64,000 bases of DNA from Hormiphora californensis. Lineage: Eukaryota > Animalia > Ctenophora. A program made the translations under genes and the position numbers. The first letter of the stretch is position 1; each line of letters opens with the position of its first letter. Under the pieces are notes generated by a model, which saw only the letters and a list, made by a program, of their open reading frames with translations, did not search any database and had not been told where the DNA came from. Positions 39,979-64,000 of the stretch are shown piece by piece. The stretch is from positions 7,130,001-7,194,000 of the forward strand of contig CM035356.1 of assembly GCA_020137815.1 (NCBI GenBank), read 5' to 3'.

Positions 39979-40040
39979 TGTATCTCCGTTTCCATTACCG
40001 TTTTCCCACTACAAGCGACCGTGTTATTCTAGTAAAACTT

Positions 40041-40576
40041 TTACATTTGTTTTTGTGTCCGGTAGATGGCACCCTCGTACAGCGGTGTAGATTGTTTAGC
40101 ATAGACAGGCTGAACACACTTGAAGATAAACCAGAACACACTACCAACTACCACACTGAGACCCATAAAGGTTAGCATTAGGATCCGAGGAATGAAGAGG
40201 CTGTCTGTTGGTTCCGTGGTTTCTGAGTCAATGTCACCTGAGAAAGAGGAGGAGGATGTTACAAATCACGGTATAATACAAAACACAAAACACGGTTTTA
40301 TGTTGGCCGTTGGGAATAGTTCTTGTGTTTATTGGACAAGTTAGACTCGCTGTATTTGTATGTTGGGAATGCTTGAAAACATATAAAAGTCGTACCTCTA
40401 GGAATGAAAACCAGAATGATGGTAACCAATGTTGCTAGGGATACTAAGCTAACTGTAAGGATTCCACCATTGTTCCACCGCAAAGTTATGATCCCAACAA
40501 ATACTACCACTGACCACAGTAGAATTAGGATGAAAAGGCCGATACCAATGCCAAACACAAGACCATCATCAGCCAT
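40041..40576 (-). CDS. TMEM218: Transmembrane protein 218 (ciliary transition zone), 125 aa, 2 exons
   Basis: Exons 40576-40396 and 40237-40041 (phase 1). VFGIGIGLFILILLW...ILVFIPR...DSLFIPRILML...VQPVYAK matches the TMEM218 pattern VLGVGAGVFILALLW...LLFPR...DDFFIGR...LEPIYAK. Confidence 0.9.
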
Positions 40577-40821
40577 GCTACAAGGGAGGATTCGATTGAA
40601 AACTCGATGGACAAGTGGATAAAATAAACACTTTGGGATTTTAGCGATTCATTAATATTTTACAAAATTACAAATAAATTTAAACAACACTTCATAGAAA
40701 CAATTTAGTCAAACGAACAGAAAGTTTTTAGTAACTTTACGAAATTTAACACAAAAAAGACAGCACATTGATAACAATGTTAGATTAATTAATCTTTTAT
40801 GAGACCCCCGATCATACTGAC

Positions 40822-41667
40822 TTATGAGACCGACCGGACATTAATATTATCAACAATATCAACACTCAACCTCAACACCTCCTCCTTATCAACATTACAT
40901 TTCTCAGACAGAAAGTTACAAATCTCTTCATTCAGAGTTGAGTCAACAATGAAAACCGCCACACATATCACAGACACCGCCACCATAACCAAATCACTTC
41001 TAAAGTGCTCGGGTGATCCGTAGAATGCAGTATAAATCTGGTACTGACGCAGGTAGAACATCTCCAAAACAGAGAGACAAGTTTCTTTGAGTGTCCCTAG
41101 AGATTTACACTCATGCTGGAGGTGGTGTTGAGTAAAGAACAGGAGGAGATCTAGGATGTCTAGAGGCAGAATAAGGAACAAATCGTAGTCAACTGTCTGT
41201 AGGATCTCTATTTCTGCTTGGATAATGTCAGGTTTAGTAAACACTGCACTCTGCTTTTTCAGCCTGTTAAGATGGTTTATAATGCTCCGTTGTGATATAG
41301 CCCGGTAGTGACTTGACATTTTACTGGCGATCTGAACAGTAACAAGAATATAAAGGGCACTCTTGTTACAAAACACGGCCATCTTCTCCCGTCGTTTGCA
41401 GTGCCGTTTAACGTATCTGTTTGTGAACAAGTTGAACAGTTCTACGGCATAAAACCGAGCCTCAGTTGGTAGTTTCATGGTCTCACAGAGTGAAAATACA
41501 ATTTCTGGTAACTTCCTGTTCACAAAGTATCCTCCACGCCCCTCTGTTGATAATTCGTTACTGATTTTGTACATCACTTGGAACACATCCTCTAAAAGAT
41601 CCATCTCATCGATATCTGATACTTTGAAGATTGAACAGGACATCCTGAAATGGTAATAATCAAACAT
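40822..41667 (-). CDS. CNTD1: Cyclin N-terminal domain-containing 1 (COSA-1-like crossover factor), single coding exon
   Basis: LLEDVF...GYFVNRKLPEIVFSLCE...FYAVELFNLF...LVTVQIASKMSSH...FTKPDIIQAEIEILQTVDY resembles CNTD1 (IEDAL..GRFREPQIVEFVF..YQAVEILERF..VSCVQLASKLS..TKEELLESELDVLKSLNF). The true start may be ATG 41643, just after tttcag|g. Confidence 0.85.
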   Translation of the reverse strand: MFDYYHFRMSCSIFKVSDIDEMDLLEDVFQVMYKISNELSTEGRGGYFVNRKLPEIVFSLCETMKLPTEARFYAVELFNLFTNRYVKRHCKRREKMAVFCNKSALYILVTVQIASKMSSHYRAISQRSIINHLNRLKKQSAVFTKPDIIQAEIEILQTVDYDLFLILPLDILDLLLFFTQHHLQHECKSLGTLKETCLSVLEMFYLRQYQIYTAFYGSPEHFRSDLVMVAVSVICVAVFIVDSTLNEEICNFLSEKCNVDKEEVLRLSVDIVDNINVRSVS

Positions 41668-42296
41668 TGACTATGCACTATCTATACTTTTATGCGACTT
41701 TTCTACTCAAAATTGTGCATTACAATTAACATGCTTGCTGAAATTTCAGTATAAATGCAAATGAAACAGCAGATATTTAGCACATGTATCCTTCTAATTT
41801 TGTAAATTTGGCACACGTTCTTTTCTCGTACGTCGAATCTTTTGCAAGTCAGACCCGCCCTTGAATCTTGATGTGACATTAGGTGGCAGGATTAAAATCA
41901 TATGACGTTTTGGCTTATCCAAACTTTATCTGCTAGGAAATCTCAAAACCCAAATAACTGGTGTTAGCACTCACGATTTTTTAGGGTAAAACCACCCCTT
42001 AAAAACGTGACTCACGTTAAAATCTGTGTTTTGAGTGTCAGAAATCAGAACTCACGTTTCGTGAGTACTGACACTCAATTAACATACTCTACAGACCACT
42101 TTTACACGTCAAGCGTAGTGCTTGGCAAATGCTGTTGGATAAGGCAGCGCTTTTCAAGCGTAGTACGTGCGGCAAATTTAACACGCTCAAAATACCCAGA
42201 TTTTAAGGTTTACGTTGGCATACGTTGCAGGCCCCTTATAATATAATATAAGGGGCCTGGAGGGAATACCGCGCTAGGGGGGAATACATAATCAAT

Positions 42297-43012
42297 CATA
42301 TCTCCGGTTCCAGATAAGGTACAGAAATCGTTTTGGTAGCGTTGGAAAGAGGAAGATAACAGCTTTCAAATGCAACCGGTTTCAGGTCTCTATCTTATCA
42401 GGAACAGGAGATATGAACCAAACTCCGCAAAATCGAGTGCGGTAAAATCAAAATTTGAATGAAATTTTAAAAAAGGTGTCCCTGCAAGAATCTGTGACGT
42501 CACTTTTTGAAAACAACCCATCTTTCAACGGCTATTGCTCAGCCTCCTTAAGTCCAATTAACTTCTCTCAAAAACAGCAAGGTAGATAATCGTCAGATCT
42601 AACAACTGGTGAAAGAATCAAGTCAAACGGACTTCAGGAGCCAAAGTTATAAGCACCGCCGTTTTTTCGACCGCAAAGTTATCTTCGACCCAGCCGGGAT
42701 CAGGCCAAACGCGCGCGCGGCATTCCCTCCAGTCCCCTCGTTGCGGGGGTGCGCGCATGAGGGGGCTGCAGCGCATTCCAAAGGTTTAAAGTCGGATTTT
42801 TTGAAACTGTCACCCCCCTGGGTATTTTCAAATTTCGTAAATGACCATAAATCCGGTTCCTGACGAGATAGAGACTTGAAATTTGGAGGTTACGAAGATC
42901 TTGCTAAGTTCTTCCAAACCTCTAAATTTCAAGTCTCTATCTTATCAGGAACCGGAGATATGGCAAATTTTGTTATTTCAGGGGGGTGACAGTTTCAAAA
43001 AATCCGACTTTA
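42297..43012. repeat. Interspersed repeat with nested inverted repeats
   Basis: Recurrent tctctatcttatcaggaac(a/c)ggagatatg motif in both orientations; outer IR taaagtcggattttttgaaactgtcacccccc ~42787-42818 pairs with ~42981-43012. Confidence 0.55.
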
Positions 43013-43840
43013 CGCAAATTTTTCCATCCGCGCTTGTCCACAAATTTTAACATTTTCCGATCCCAGTTTTTAGCGCGCAATTTTGCACGCGCAAAACATT
43101 AACGCGCGGTAACTTTTGTGAAACATGGATTTGGTCGAATTGTTCCGGAGCGCGAACACAGCGACTCAAGGATTTGGATTAACCAAAGTGGCGGAAAGAA
43201 AATTGAAATTCGGGTTTTACTGGTGCAAATGTGCATTTGGGGAATGTTAATTACACAAATGATCACAAAACATTTTCTCCTTTCAGTTTCCCTCCATCTC
43301 TCAATAAAACACACACTTTAGTTTCTCCACGTTCACTTCCAAATAGGGAAATATAATTATTTCGAATAGGACTCATAAATTTTACCTAATTCAAAAAAGG
43401 AAAGCACCAAACAAAATTGTTAATATTTCAACAAAAACAATTCGCATTATCCCCAAAGTGAAAGTCATTATTATAACTGTTATATCTGCATAATCTTGCA
43501 GATAACCTCTGGGTTTCTCTCTCTCTGTCACTCAGGTCCACAAACTTGTCAAAACCACACGGGAGAGTACAAACAATCGCCATTCCGCATTCGTAATATA
43601 TAACAGTGAGGAAGATAGTCAAAAATTCTGAATCTCTTTCTCCTTCTCTCTCTTTCTCTCTCTCTTTCTGTCGTTCTTTCTCTCGACAGTATATCTCTGA
43701 AAAATTCCCCTTAGCTTATAACGGGCTTATCACTCTTTCTCACACACGCACACACGCACACAAAACACGAGAAACATAAAACAGTGTGGCTCCATTTTCT
43801 CTCTCTCTTTCCTCTTTCTCTCTCTCTCTCTCTCTCTTTC

Positions 43841-43886
<46 letters not shown>

Positions 43887-43914
43887 TTCTCTCTCTCACT
43901 CTCTCTCTCTCTCA

Positions 43915-43945
<31 letters not shown>

Positions 43946-44006
43946 AGCCGATAGCACCCTTGCCACAGATCTTATATTAATATAGTCAGGTGTCACACAC
44001 ACAACC

Positions 44007-63990
<19,984 letters not shown>

Positions 63991-64000
63991 CTGTAGAATA

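Noticed and set aside
40431-40444. X-box-like GTTGCTAGGGATAC as a promoter element for DRC7
   Set aside because: It lies inside TMEM218 coding sequence and is a single imperfect match, so it may be chance.

Overview
Animal genomic DNA with a compact, intron-rich gene layout, dense in (GA)n microsatellites and non-autonomous transposons. The gene and repeat content (sialin-like SLC17, an LDLa-repeat GPCR, antisense nested genes) suggests a non-bilaterian, probably a ctenophore; that assignment is inference. I reconstructed eight protein-coding genes by hand with phase-consistent GT-AG junctions: the 3' part of an SLC17/MFS transporter (+); a calmodulin-like EF-hand gene (+); DRC7/CCDC135 (-, 17 exons); an intronless 1170-aa LDLa-repeat rhodopsin-class GPCR (+) nested in DRC7 intron 5; TMEM218 (-); CNTD1 (-); protein kinase N (-, 19 exons in the window, 5' end outside); and an 11-exon CYP46-like P450 (+) nested in a PKN kinase-domain intron. 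Mobile elements include an internally deleted Gypsy-like LTR element with an intact TSD, Tc1/mariner and Chapaev-like foldback elements, and Helentron-type HINE copies. The most interesting signals are: two repeats that keep a four-way-junction fold while their stem sequences co-vary; RFX X-box-like palindromes sitting just upstream of many 3' splice sites; a genomic echo of a spliced PKN exon-exon junction; a P450 whose catalytic I-helix Thr is replaced by Asn; and splice acceptors 1-10 nt before nearly every ATG, including a tight CNTD1-TMEM218-DRC7 cluster (possible SL trans-splicing or operon). Parts of the right half look under-polished (homopolymer expansion, indels in one PKN exon).
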